The position numbers and the translations under genes were made by a program. DNA of 64,000 nt, taken from NCBI GenBank assembly GCA_964187785.1, contig OZ076412.1:64418001-64482000 (forward strand). The letters run 5' to 3'. Below the pieces are notes generated by a model. It ran no database searches and was not told where the DNA came from. It worked only from the letters and a program-made list of their open reading frames with translations. Shown piece after piece: positions 32,501-46,095 of the stretch. The stretch is from Amphiscolops sp. MND2022. Its lineage: Eukaryota. Positions within the stretch are counted from its first letter, which is position 1, and each line of letters opens with the position of its first letter.

Positions 32501-33898
32501 CGGAACGGGTGCATCGCGGCAAAATTTGACCTGAATTGTCACACGAAGACCCCGTGCGATACCAGCACTTCACGTGCGAACAAGAAACTCTATTAGGCAT
32601 TCGGATTTTTTATGCATAGCATTGGGGAAATGCTGTTGCCTAGTCGGAGTTATTGCGAGCGACAACGCAATTTCCCTGAAATCACCCTTCGCAGGGGCGT
32701 ATCTATAGTATTTCTGCCAGGGGGCGTTTGAGTTTATGATCAGCCAATGGTATTTCTGCCAGGGGGCGTTTGAGTTTATGATCAGCCAATGTTTTATTTT
32801 TTGTTATTTGTTGGTTTGTTTTTTTGTTAAGTTTAATCATGTCTATTCTAGCAACTTGTTCTTTTTAACGGAAGGTTGTTCCAACAAAAACACAAGAAGG
32901 GTGAGCGAAGGAAAAGTTTAATTATGTGTGTGCTAGCAACTTGTTTTTTGTTAACAAAAGGTTATCCAGCAAAAACACAAGAAGGATGAGTGAAGGAAAA
33001 GAGAAGCAAATCAACAACTAAAGAAAGACTCTTTATTTATTGGGGGGGGTGGTTGTTTTGCTGGGTTCTGACTTGGGATTGGGGGGGCTTTGCCCCCCAC
33101 CAGCCCCTCTTTCTGTTGGATTTATGTCTTGTAGTTTCTCTTTTTTGTTTAGTTTTTTGTGTTATCTTGCTTCCCTTTTTCTTTGTTTTCTGTCTCTGGC
33201 TGTCTTCTTTCTGGGACTACCCCCTCCATCAAAACACGCAAAAAAACCTGGAGAATGTTTTGTTTTGGTGTTTGTGAGGGGGGGGTTCAACCAGAAACCT
33301 TCCAAAAATGAACCCTCCCAAAAAAACAAAACACAAGAAAGGGAAGAGTTAGGTGATGTTGGGGCCTTCAGGCCTCATATCACCTCATTCTTCCAAAACA
33401 GAAAACAAAGAAACCAATTATAAATGTCTGTCTTGGAGCCAAAACCATTGGCAGATCATAAGCTCGAACCTCCCAGTGGCCAAAAACGTTTGAGCTTATG
33501 ATCTGCCAGGCCTTGTTTAAAAGGGAGTTTGGCAGATCATATGCTCAAGCCCTAAACGATGGAAATTGCAGAAATACAGGGTAGGTGGATCATAAACTCA
33601 GCCCCCCAAGAAAGAGAATAATATTGCAGAAATCGGTCGTTCGGTCCATGGGAGGGCTTGAGGTTATGATCTGCCTATTTTTTCTAGAGTTCACCCAAAT
33701 ACCATTTGGTACTTTCAATTTGGAGAAAAGGGTGGCAGATCATAAGCTCAAACCAGACAGGGGCTGGGTAGATGATGAGTATTGGTTGCTTTTTGCAGGG
33801 GCGATGTCATGCAAGACAGAATAACTAAAGAAGAGCACCAATTAAAAAGAGAGGAGTATATACATATGTGCATATATCTTTATGTGTATATATATATA

Positions 33899-35673
33899 TG
33901 CTGTGAAGCTATTATCTGGTCCAAGTTTGAGGTTTTTGAAAGTTATTATCTGGTCCAAGTTGGGGTTTTTGAAAGTTATTATCTGGTCCAAGTTTGTGTT
34001 TTTAGCCTATAAAAAATAGTGGTTTCAAGCGATTTGTTTTGCACACTCAGTTATCATTTTGGGTTTTTTTTGTGCCCAATTATCTGGCAATTTTCTAAAA
34101 GTAGCCTTTTTCAAAAACAGGGTGCAAAAATTGGGTTTTTCAATTTTCAGTGTTTTCAGTTTAAATTTTGAAAATTCTCTTTTTTAGGTTTGCTAAAACA
34201 CTATGAAAATAGGGGTTTCAGCAATTGTTTGTGTTTTCTGTTGTTGAAAGAGAAGAAAACAGGCAAAAAAATGATAATTGGAATTTATGAATTTAGGTTT
34301 TTTTGGTTCAAAAATTGCCGTTTCGTGACGCATATGTTTTTTTCCAAAAAATTGCTGAAACCCCTATTTTTAAAGTGTTTTTAGGGTGCGCGCTTTTTGG
34401 GCCAAGTTGTCAAAAAAGGGAAATTTTGGACACCCACCCCAAAAAGAAGAACATTTTCACTGATAATTGAAAAGCTCATTTTTGAGTATTTTTTGTTTTC
34501 TCTTGTTTTTTTTTTCTCATTTTTTTCTTTTTTTGGTTTTTTTGTTTTGTTGTTTTTTTGTGTTTCTTTTTGGAGGGTTTAAGGGTCATGTGAGGTGGCC
34601 CGAAGGGCCACCTCACTTGGCCCTAAACCCTCCTTATTTGTTTTTTTTTTTTTTGTTCTTTTTGTTTTTTTTTTGGTTTTTTGTTTGAAGGGTTTAAGGG
34701 TCAGGTGAGGTGGCCCGAAGGGCCACCTCACTTGGCCCTAAACCCTCCTTATTTGTTTTTTTGTTTTTTTTGTTGCTTTTTGGTTCCTTTCCTTTCTTTG
34801 CTTTTAATAGAAAAACCTTGTTTTCCCCCTAAAATGGGCATTTTTTGGTTTATTTTCAGTGTTTCTCTTTCTTCCTCCCTTAACCTTTTTTGGCCTCCCC
34901 CTTTTCTGTTTCTCTTTCTCTGTCTCTCTTCTGCTCTTGTCTTTCTTTCTTCCTTCTTGTCTTTCTTTTTTGGCTTCCTTTTTCTTTCTTGTTTCTGTCT
35001 CTTTTTTCATTGTTCTTTCTTCTTTGCGTTTGTTTCATCAATAGAACAACATGAAGATATTAAATTGCAATTTCTTTTGTTCATCAATATGTTCTCTTTT
35101 TTTGGTTTCCTGTCTTGTTTTCTCTTTGAAATCTCTTTGTCTTGTCTTTGTTTTATTTTCCTGATTTTGAGTTATGTGTTTTTGTTCAACATCATTGTTT
35201 TTGGTTTCAAAAAACCCAAGTTGAAAAAAACACCAATTTTTGGTCAAAAGGGGGGTTGCAACATAACGGTTTTTTTTTGAACCTGTGTTTTGCAAAATGT
35301 GAAAAGTTATCGTTTTTTTGGGGGGGGCTTTTTTTTGGCAAATTTTTGGTTTTTTTTTCAAAAACACTTTAAAATTAGGCATTGTAGCACATTTGTCAAA
35401 GCAAGAAATTACAAAAAAAGCATTTTTGAATGTTATTATCTGGTCCAAGTTGATTGTTAGTTTCTGGTCCAAGCTGGGTGCGTCTTAAAAAACGCCAACT
35501 TGGACCAGATAATAACTTTCACATTTTTGGCGTGCAATTTTCTTTTTCAAAAAAGGGTTGAAACCCCTATTTTTATAGTGTTTTTGACAATCGGTGTTTT
35601 ATAAAAAACAAACTTGGACCAGATAATAACTTTCAAAAGGGCCAAACTTGGACCAGATAATAACTCCACAGCA
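33899..35673 (+). mobile_element. Non-autonomous TIR element (1.78 kb) in (TA)n, copy A
   Basis: TIR TGCTGTGAAGCTATTATCTGGTCCAAGTTTG / CAAACTTGGACCAGATAATAACTCCACAGCA; subterminal TTATTATCTGGTCCAAG repeats; internal hairpins at 34590-34616 and 34705-34731. Confidence 0.8.
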
Positions 35674-35697
35674 TATATATATATATACATATATATA

Positions 35698-37452
35698 TGC
35701 TGTGGAGTTACTATTTGGTCCAAGTCTGGCCTTTGAGGAGTTATTATCTGGTCCAAGTTTGTTTTTTGTTTTTGTTTTTTTTGTTTTAACATTGTATGTC
35801 AAAAACATTCTAGAATTGGGGTTTCAGCACTTTCTCTTGAAAAAAAGTTGCGCGCAAAAAAAAATCAGGGGTTAGTAGCTGGTCCAAGTTTGCTTTCTTT
35901 TAAACGCACCCAACTTGGACCAGAAAATAACCCCTACTTGGACAAGATAATAACCCCTCAAAATGTGTTTTTGATTTTTTGTTTTAAAAATAAGTTGAAA
36001 TACACATTTTTAGAGTGTTTTTGAACATCAACCAAATGTTGGCAAAATGGCCCCCCCCCAAAACGAAAACTTTTTCACAATTTGCAAAACATTGGCTATT
36101 ACAAAAAAAGTTATGCTGCCCCCCCCCTTTGACCAAAAATGTGTGTGTGTGTTTTAACTTGTCTTTTTTTTAGAAAAACATTGGTGTTGAACAAAAAACA
36201 AAACTTAAAAGCAGAGAAACAAAAAACCTAAGTTAAGGAAAGGGGATTTGAAAGGAAAGCGAAGACAGACAAAAGAAACAGTAAAAAACAAAACAAAACA
36301 GAAAGGATTGATGAAAGACAAACTTAAGCTTTTAATAGTTTGATGTTGTTGTTATCATGAAACAAAAGCAAAGAAACAACAGAAATATTCAAAAATAAAA
36401 AAGTAAGCAAAATAAAGCAATAAGGAAAGAAAAGAAGGAAGGAAGAAAGAAAGAAAAGGACAAGATAGAGAGAGAGAGAGAGACAGAGAAACATAAAGTG
36501 AAAGAAGGGAAGAAGGGCAGGCAAAAAGACTAAGAAAAACAAAGGGAGGCACTGAAAAATAAACAAAATGCCCTTTTTTTGGCTGGGAAACAGCTTCTTT
36601 TTTCTAAAAGCCAACAAAGGAAAGAAAAAAAACACCCCCCCCCCAAAAAAAACAAAAACTAAGGAAGGTTTAGGGCCATGTGAGATGGCCCTTTGGGCCA
36701 CCTCACCTGACCCTTAAACCCTCCAAACAAAAAACAAAAACTAAAGAAACGCAAAACAAATAAGGAGGGTTTAGGGCCAAGTGAGGGCCCTTCGGGCCAC
36801 CTCACCTGACCCTTAAACCCTCCAAAAAAGAAACAAAACCAAAAAAAGAAAAACAATGAAAGAAAAACAAGAAAAACCACAAAATACCAAAAATGAGCTT
36901 TTCAATTATCAGGCAAAATTTTCTGTTTTTATTTTGGGGGGTCCAAAATGTCCCTTTTTTGACAACTTGGCCAAAAAAGCGCGCACCCCAAACACACTAT
37001 AAACATAGGGGTTTTGGCAAAGCATTTTTTGATAAAAACATATGCGTCACGAAACGGCTATTTTTGGACAAAAAACAAATCCAGAAATTCCAGGTATCTT
37101 TTTTTGCTTTTTTCTTCCCTTTCAACAACAAAAAAGCACAAAAAATGCTGAAACCCCTATTATCATAGTGTTTTAGCAAACACAAAAAGAGACATTTCAA
37201 AATTTGAACTTAAAACATGAATTTGAAAAAAAAAATGCACCCTGTTTTTAGAGAAACCCTATTTTTACAAAATTGAGAGATAATTGGGCACAAAAAAAAC
37301 ACACAAAATGATAATTGAGTGTTTCAAAAACCGCTTGAAACCACTATGCAAATAGGCTAGAAAACACACTTGGACCAGACAATAACCCCTACTTGGACAA
37401 GACAATAACCCCTGAAAGGGCCAAACTTGGACCAGAGAATAACTTCACAGCA
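35698..37452 (-). mobile_element. Same TIR element, copy B, inverted relative to A
   Basis: Same TIRs; interior is the diverged reverse complement of copy A (e.g. 37280-37345 vs 34020-34085; hairpins at 36680-36706 and 36781-36805). Confidence 0.8.
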
Positions 37453-38963
37453 TATATACTGTATGTGTATATATATATACACAGCATGTTGCACTCAAAT
37501 AGCACTGCCATATTTATCACAAAATAGAGGTGCAGTTGGAGAGGCACCAAAAATTTGTTGCATTTGATTACGCACCACTTGTTGTTGTGCTAAACACAAG
37601 CTCGCAATGACCAAATTGCCACTTATCTAACATCATTGCTAAGCAAAATTACTAGACTGAGGTGAACGTAAATAGGCACCGGTGCCTCTCCAGACGCACC
37701 TTTGCTTTGTACAGACAGTTTTGGGTCTTTTTCAGCCACTTCAGGAGAGTTTGAAAATTCAAAACTTTGATCCTGAGCGCTGTTTCTTGTTAAGGTGGCT
37801 GGTGCCTGATCAAACTGTCTTCCATTTTCGAAGCGTTGGGACCATTTCGCTGGAGCAAAATGGTGGTTTCGTGAAAATCGGCATCTGTAGGTTGAGCTGG
37901 TTTTTCACAAACCACAATTTTCTTGAGCGAAGTGAACCTAGAGGGACATCTAAGGTGCAAAATAAGACCCTTTGCCAAGTTTTCGTGAACTTTAAGGCCA
38001 AGTTTTCGTGAACTTTAAGGTGCTCTAATTTTAGTCAACTTTAGCTGATTTTAGTCAACTTGTTGCTGATTCTAGGCGCTTGGTGAGCTGGAGAAATCCC
38101 TTGGCGATGTTCGCATGGAATGTCTTCAGTTGACTCGAGTTGCAACCTACAGAAATGGAGCAAATCAAACACCACTTCTGTCATCCAGTCTCTTCAAAAC
38201 CCACGATCCATGCATCACTCCCGCAAAGTTATGGAACTTCTAGACAGTGCCAGTGCACTTCCAAGGTGGTGTACTTTGCTGTTTTCTTGGCTCGGGCAGC
38301 CCATGCACCATCCATTGAGAATGCGACTTTCAGTGGGAAGCGCTTGATTGGGGTAGGATGTTTAGGCATATCTAAGCCCATTGTTTAGGGAACCCGTGGT
38401 TTGCACCACGGATTCCCGTCGCTTTCGTCATTTCCGTGATTTCCGCTGATCCAGCACTCAACCCCCTGTTTGTAGCTGTCTGAGTTGTCTTCGTCGTTTT
38501 CGTGTGATTTCCGTCGTTTTGTGCACGCAAATCATAGGTTTGGCGAACCATAGGCTTAGAAACTGAGTCCACCAAACGATTCTCTGCGATTGCGGCGGCG
38601 ATTTTTACCGCTCCCCCTCAAAGTCGCACGATTTTTAAGACCCCAAGATGCGCGATTTGCTTGCGAGCAAGAATCGCTAACGAACGGCGATGTCATCTGC
38701 GATCAAAACGGACAAAGCTGATTCCCACTGCGGAATTTCCTGCGATACCCGAATCTGTGGTGAAAAGCCGGTAGCGAATGGCTGTGGTCCCAGGAGCACC
38801 TTGCAGTCTGTGAAAGATGGCACGTTTGGGCGCCCTCTGCGATCCGACTTCGCTGCCTTGGAGGATATCAGCAGTAGTAGAGGCAGATCGATCTGGCAAG
38901 CCGAGGGGATATGATCGTTTGTTTTTACCCAGTATGAATAGCGTGCACACCAAGCTGGTCGTG

Positions 38964-39008
38964 CGACAACACGCCTTCTAAGAAGGGTTCTTAGAAGGCG
39001 TGTTGTCG
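38964..39008. repeat. Perfect 21-bp hairpin with 3-nt loop
   Basis: CGACAACACGCCTTCTAAGAA-GGG-TTCTTAGAAGGCGTGTTGTCG. Confidence 0.95.
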
Positions 39009-41479
39009 AGACTGCTTTCGAGAAGGTTCTAAGAGAGGGTCTTGCAGTGGGTTTTAGAGGGAGAAAGGGTTCTTAGAAGGGGTTCTGGTAAGAAACGCTT
39101 TCGAGAAGCCCTTTTGAAGGCAGAAACACAGCCTTTTCAAGAGCACGACCCCACGCAAAGGGCCCTAAATGAGCACAAGCCCAACCACAAAACTCTGTTT
39201 GTGTATTCTCTGTGTTTCACTGTTCAGAAATACCCTCAGCACTGCTGTGAATTCCATGACCAGCTCTGAGAGGCCCTCTCCGGAACCAATTCTGAAACAA
39301 GGAGGCGTCCCCAGCCGTGCTGAGGGGGAGCTGGAAGCCTCAAATGCCTTGAAATATAGGGACCTAAGGGTTTGGAGGATCCCAGACGCACTCTCGAGGG
39401 GAATTCCAGGAAACGCTCCGAGGGCGTTTCCGGCGTTTTTTTTTTTCCAGATTTTTTTTCCGGAATTTCTTACGGAAAGTCCCAGTTGTACTGGGGGTAT
39501 GGCCTCCAACTGTGTAGAAGGACATTTGATGCGGCATCCAGGAGTGCCCGAACATCGAAAACAGGGGCTCCGCGAGATGGACTCAAACCCGTTCTTTATT
39601 TGGGGGGGTACAAAGTGGGCATGCTTAACCCAAGAATCGGCCACCCCCAAGATCCCTGAGAGTTGAGGTCCTTAGTCTGAATAGATTTAGCAAGTCCGAT
39701 AATTGCAGGAAAGAAAAGATCTTCTAAATGAATCACGTGCAAAAAAACGCCTTCCCCCCCTGAAAAGTATCGTTTGAGTAGTTCATTGTAAGTCATGCCT
39801 TTGACAGGGGCAGCAATTTGCTGGGGCAGCACTCTCATGGGGTTTCCACTGAAGCATTCGTGGTCAGGAACCAGAAAAGGGCATAAACATAAAGAATTTG
39901 GGCAGAACCCCCCCCTTCCAGACACACCCCCAAGGGACCCCTGACCCCGCGAATTCTTTATGTTAGGGGCCTCTTTTCCCTTCAGAATACAGGAAAAACG
40001 CCTACATAAAGAATTTCGAAAGGGAGGGAGGTCTTGGGGGCCCCAAAATTCTTAATGCTGAATTTCTTCGCGTGCCTTTGTTGCACCTGACTTTTGACGA
40101 CGATTTTCCGGGGACATCTTCCCCTCTAAAGGGGGACAATGTTTCATCATGTTGCTCACTTCAGAGTCGTGGCTTCACCAAGAGAAAAGGGGATACACAA
40201 GATAGCAGGCAATTTAAGAATGGGAAGGCATCGCCTGCAAGAGCTTTGCCGTACCTCCCCTTCTGACCTTTGTTCCCTTTTTTTACCATTATGACAGTTG
40301 TCCTAAGTGATTTTTTTTGGCGCTGGTGGCTTTACCCCACACGCTGTACATGCTGCATTTTGTCTAAAACCGCAAGGCAGGCCACCTGTCCTGTGACCTT
40401 AGATCGGCGAAAACGCGTGTTTTAAAATCGAAAACAAGGCGTTCCAAGACACGCGTTTTCATCATAAGTGTTTTAACATGTCCGAAAACGGGTGTTTACT
40501 AAATTTTCGGTATTCCTGGAACGAGTGAGTTTACTAAACCCCCGGGTTCGTACGAATGTTGTGGTTTTTTCCTATAGTCTATTAGAACCCAGAAAGAGCC
40601 TCGAAATTCGGTTCGGTTTTGGGCCGCGACCGGCGTTCAGTAAACAATCGTTCGGCAGCAGCCGGGAGGGCACCGAATTGGACTGGACGTGCTTTAAACA
40701 GTTCCTTTTTCAAAACACAGAATTGCGTTTTGAAATTGCGCTCTGCGTTTTGAATGGTGTTTTAAGCACGCGGTCTGAGGCCTAGCTTTTTCCCAATCGC
40801 TCGAAGGCTGCCCAAAATTGGCTGGGGTTCTCGGTGACGACTGTGGCATCACACACAAAGTGTTCTCAAAACACGGTCCTCTGAGTCTTTGTTACACTCT
40901 AGCCAGAAAAGATTGCACACATAAATGTTTGTTTTTGGAATTAATTTCATGAAAAATTACATATCAGTTACAAGAAATAATTTTCTGGGATTAATTTCCC
41001 GAAAATTACATTACACGTATTCGTTTGTGGTTCCGAGAATTACATGGAGAAATTATTTTCTTGGAAAATCTCATCTCAGTTACATAAAATAATGTTATCG
41101 GAGTAAATTTCGCAATAATTTCTGGCTGGTGCGTATGTTCCAACAACCCCAGTGCTGACCAAAATTGGCTGGGGGTGGGCTCACTCTGTTGTATTTGTCA
41201 AGTTTGTCTGGCAATGTCTGCCCCCCATATTCCCCGAATAGACAAGGGCGTGTTAAAAACGCAGCCTAGGTGTTTGTCAAATTCTGTCTGCCTGAAATGC
41301 CGGCCAAGTACCATTATACCAGAAAACATTACACGCACAAAAAAATATTTTGGAATTAATTTTCGGAAATGTGTAATGACATTCCGCGCAATCGACTACA
41401 CAGAAAAAAGTTTGGCGAATTAATTGTGGAGGAATTGCACAGAACCCCCCTCCACATCAATTACACACCAGCATCGAGG

Positions 41480-42360
41480 ACGTTTCGGGGAACACGAATG
41501 TGTTGGAAATCTCAGGCTTTTTGATTCATGAAGCACGAAACGCTGAAAATGAATGGATTTTGAGGCCATGAATCCAAGAACGCTGAACGTCTCTTTAGGT
41601 TTGCGAAGCACGCACGCACAGGTGCCTTAAAAATTTGGATTGATGTTCACTAAAAACATGCAATGCTGGGCATCCCAGATTTTCTAGGCTCATGACTTGA
41701 TTGTAGGTTCACAAAGCACAAAAAGCTGAAAATTTCACAGCCTTAGGTTGACGAAGCACACAAATGCCGGAGTTTCAGGACTTTAGGTTCCCCAAGCATA
41801 AAAAGGTTGTTTCGGGATTTCAGGTTCCCGAAACACAAACTGCTGAAATTGCAGGATCTCTTACGCTCATGACGCGAAAATTGCTGGAAATTGTCAGGTT
41901 TGCGTGCATGAAGCCAATGAATGATGGAAATGTCAGCGTTTTTGGTTCATGAAGCACAGAAATGCTGGAAGTTTGCTTTTTTAAGGTTTCCGAGCACAAA
42001 CATGCCGGCAATTCAGGAGGTTCATGATTTATACAATGCTGGAAGTTTGGGGATTTTGGTCTCATGATGCGCAAAAATGCTGGAAATGTGTCGATCATTA
42101 GGCTCATGTAGCACACGCATGTTGGACATTTCAGGATTTTGGGTTCATGGCGCGCAAATGCTGATATTTTTTGATTCTTGAGTTCATGGCGCGCAAATGG
42201 GAGTTTGTGGATCTTGAAGCGTGCGCAACCAAATTTCAGAATCTCCACAAGAGGCTCGTGCAGCCAACTGAACACAGAATTTCAGCATGTCAGAGCAACA
42301 CAACCAAGATGCTCTTTGGCCTGATGTATGTGGTTCTGTTTCTGGCGTGTCCTCAGGCTT
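41480..42360. repeat. Degenerate ~40-bp minisatellite
   Basis: Recurring GGTTCATG(A/G)..GCAC..AAATGCTGGAAAT..CAGG units; boundaries approximate. Confidence 0.75.
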
Positions 42361-42494
42361 GAGCGTTTTGGGCGCGTAATCGATTACACAGAAAATTCGG
42401 GACAAATTAATTCCAAGCCGCGTAATGGATTACACGCCCCGAAGGGTTACACAAAAAAATGTTTTCAGAATTAATTGCGTAATGATTCCCGATT

Positions 42495-43005
42495 GAATGG
42501 TAGAGGTCAAGTTCTGTCTGCCCTCCGCCCCCTTCCCCAAAAAAACCCAAGGCGTTTTTAAACACAGCCTAGGTAGAGGTCAAGTTTTGCCTGCCCCCAA
42601 ATTACGAATGGTGTGTTTAAAACACAGCCTAGGTGTTTGTGAAGTTTTGTCTGCCTTCCCCCCCACTTCCCCAAACAAACAAGGGCGTGTTTGAAACACA
42701 GCCTGGGTAGAGGTCAAATCTTGTCTGCCTTCCCCCCCACAAAAACCTAAGGCGTTTTGAAAGCACAGCCTAGGTTTTGTCAAGCTTTGTCTGCCCTCCC
42801 CCCATTCCCAACTTAACAAGGGCAAGGGCGGGCTCAAAACACAGCCTAGGTGTTTGTCAAGTTTTGTCTGCCTTCCCACCCACTCTCTCAAACAAACAAG
42901 GGCGTGTTTGAAACACCAGCTAGGTAGAGGTCAAGTTTTGTCTGCCCTCCCCTCCCCCCCCCCCCCCACAAAAACCCAAGGCGTTTTGAAAACGCAGCCC
43001 AGCTA
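42495..43005. repeat. ~65-70-bp tandem repeat (about 7 units)
   Basis: Recurring AAACACAGCCTAGGT..GTCAAGTTTTGTCTGCC..CCCC..AAGGCG; solo related unit near 41245-41290. Confidence 0.85.
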
Positions 43006-46000
43006 AAGGTTTCGTTTTGTCGGTCCTCGCTGTTCGAGACAAAACACACTGGCTTTTTTACTCTTTGGTATTACACAGAGTTTTGGGATGCGTGCTAAGA
43101 ACGCGCATGCAGAAAATCCACTCGGAAACATTGGAAGACAGTGTTGCCAACATTGTTGGGGCTGGGGCTTCGCAGAGCTCATTTTTCGCAGATTTTTGTT
43201 TTTGAAAATCTTGGAGCAAATGCAAGCATGCCTTTCGGCCCAAAGATATCACGATGGACGCTCACATGCTCTCCTTGAGTATGTCGGCCTAGCGGCGATT
43301 GTGTGATGTGCTGTCTGCTCGAGAAAGCGGAGATGGAATGGGGTGCCACCCCGAGTAGGGCCATTCGGACGCCGCAGATTTTTCCGCAGATTTTCTGCGC
43401 ATTTTTGCGTGACTCTGGAACACCTATTTTTCAAGCGGCGCAGGAAATTGCGCACCAAAAATCAGTGCAAAAATGGGCGCAAAAAGGGGCGCAAAAATCT
43501 GCGCACCAAAAATCTCCGCAAAAATCCGGTTTGAACATTCCGTTTGTCTGGAAGATGGAAACCAGAAAAAAAAACACAAAAAAAAATCTGCGCCAAACTT
43601 GCGCAAAACCCCAGCCCCAAACAGTGAAATGTAGAAACCGCTTGCGTTTTGGGATGCGTGCTGAAAACGCAGCGTTTTAGATCTGCGTTTTGGCCTACCT
43701 AAGCCTCTGACAAGGGAAATTTGAAGGGGAATCCCAAATTTCTCCTTCCACAGAAGACCTCTTCAAAGCATTTCAGAACACTCGTTTATAGATCTGGGAC
43801 AAACCTTGTGCCAAAGTCCGCGCCAAAGCTCAGTGCATCGTAGAGACCCAAAGTGCTGTGAGGGAAATTGACACCCAAGAGAAAGTCGGCAGAGTTTCCC
43901 CCATAAATATCACGACATTTTCCAACAACTCTGTCGCTGTTGTTGTCCAACAGCTCCTCAGGGTCACAATCATGGGTTTGTGCAAAAAAGCCTCAGATAA
44001 TCCCAGCAAATTGAAGAAACTCCGCAGAAAGGGTTGTGCTCCTCAGAAAATGAACTTCCAGAAAAACAAATGTTGTGCATCATACAACTGTCACCCTCCA
44101 TAACACAGCAAATGTGTCCTGACCACGGTCACGTCAATTGCTGGCGTGCAAAATCCCTTCACGTGACTCTGTGCAAAATCCCGTGTCGAGATTCCATGGG
44201 AAAGTCGTATTGGCGCAATGCAGCTACGATGTAGCACTGCCTTGCTACATAAGACAGTTGTCCTCTGATTTGACGTGAATTCAGCAGACCGTGACGAAGA
44301 CAAAGAGGAAGACAAACAACAAAGGAAAAAAATAGTATATATATATATTACAAAGAAGAAGAATATTATCAGTGTCATGCTAGGTTGCTGCAATCGCAAC
44401 ACATATGCCCAATCAGAAGATGAGAAACATGTCATCAGCAGTAAACAAAGGGGCTGGGAGAGAAAGGGGCCCCCAGAAATCATCCAGAAATTTCGTCTTA
44501 GAAATTGGTCGATTTGTTGGCCCTTATTAGGAGAAGGATTTTGGTGAAATATCCGGCGGCCCCTTGTTCTCCCGGCCCCTTTGTTTACTGCTGATGTCAG
44601 AACCACCACGACATTTTGAAAAATAATTGCACTAGACGCCTCCAGTTTTGATCGCAGTGAAGTATGTGCCCCTAGGTTTTGAGGGAACCTTCTACACTCT
44701 GGTCGGAAATTATTACCTACCGATTTTTTATTTGTCTAATTAATTTGGCAAAAACTTACCGATGCCGATACCGATCTGTAATTATTTCGAATTCATTTTG
44801 TTACCGGTACCGATACCAATCTCTACCCCCTTGGCTCTCCCTCCTCTCACGTCAGTCGGTGCTTGTGTTCTGTCCCGCTGCCAAATTGCCTTCAAGAGCA
44901 GAACCCTCTTTGAATGGGCCGTGCCCAAGGCCCCAGCAGCAGCGGCCAAAGAAGATTGCCATGCCCGCCTGGGGGTCGAAGAATCCATTTTAAAGTCCTT
45001 GATGTTGCAGTGCTTTGAAGTGCATTGAGCACAAAAGTCCCGGAATTGCGGCATTTTTAAGTGCACTGAGCACAACAATCCGCAGCACTTTTAAGTGCAC
45101 AGAGCACCAACATCCTGGAAATTGCAGCACTTTTAAGTGCACCCTCTCGAGTTTCATGCCGCTTCACAATGCCCAAAGGATAAGATCTGCGGAGTCACGA
45201 GCTAAGTCTTGAAATCTATAGGATTATTTATGTTGCAAGGGTACATATTCAAAATCCTTGGACAGCACGCCCTTACATGAGACATTTTCGGGTAATAAAA
45301 TATGTAATGGGCATGTAAAGCATTACACAACATACATGGTTTTCAATGGTAAGGACAATGGACCTTTTTGACCCCCGGGCCCAGCCCCCCCAGTTTTTCT
45401 CGGAGGTCTGCCCCAAAAGGAGCGGAAACACGAAAACTTACCACTTTGTAATTCCTTTGAGACAGATTTTACCGATTTGTAATTAAATTCCTCAAATTAA
45501 TTACGAAAAACTTACCGACACCGATACCGATCTGTAATTTCGTCGAATTAATTAGGCAAAGATTTCCGACACCGAGGTATTGTAGGGCAGTACCTCTCCC
45601 GCACGTATCGCAATACGCCTCCTACTTGGTATCGCTGTGCTTTTGGGACAGCAATGGTGGTTACTTTCACTGTTATGCTCCTCAAAGGAATCCTTTAATC
45701 TCTAGCACCACAAACTCGAAGCAATTCACTCTCTCACCTTAGATGGGCGAAATCGCGTTTAAAAAGGACACATGCGTGTCGAAACGCACATTTTCAAAAC
45801 GCTAGCGTTTCGAAAAATATCGGCGGAGGCTTCTTTAAGCATTGGTACACAGCGTGTCGGTGCGTTTTAAAACGCATGTGTCGAAAAAATGCCTTTCATC
45901 ATTCGTAGACAGTGGAATGCGGGAACCGCCCGAGTGTCGGAGTGCGTGCTAAAAACGCTGCGTGTCGGGGTTTGCGTGTCCGCCCTTCTAAGTCTCCGGA

Positions 46001-46095
46001 CAATAAAGAACGAAGTATGATGCGTGCTTGACGTCACGGTCTGGAGACGTTTCTCATGTTCTGCATGTGGCTTGTGTTGTGTTTTTGAGTAACAG

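Noticed and set aside
34190-37200. Phe-rich 'membrane protein' ORFs
   Set aside because: Translations of T-rich low-complexity interiors of the TIR elements.
42495-43005. CRISPR array
   Set aside because: Inter-repeat segments are themselves similar (a tandem minisatellite), and there are no cas genes.
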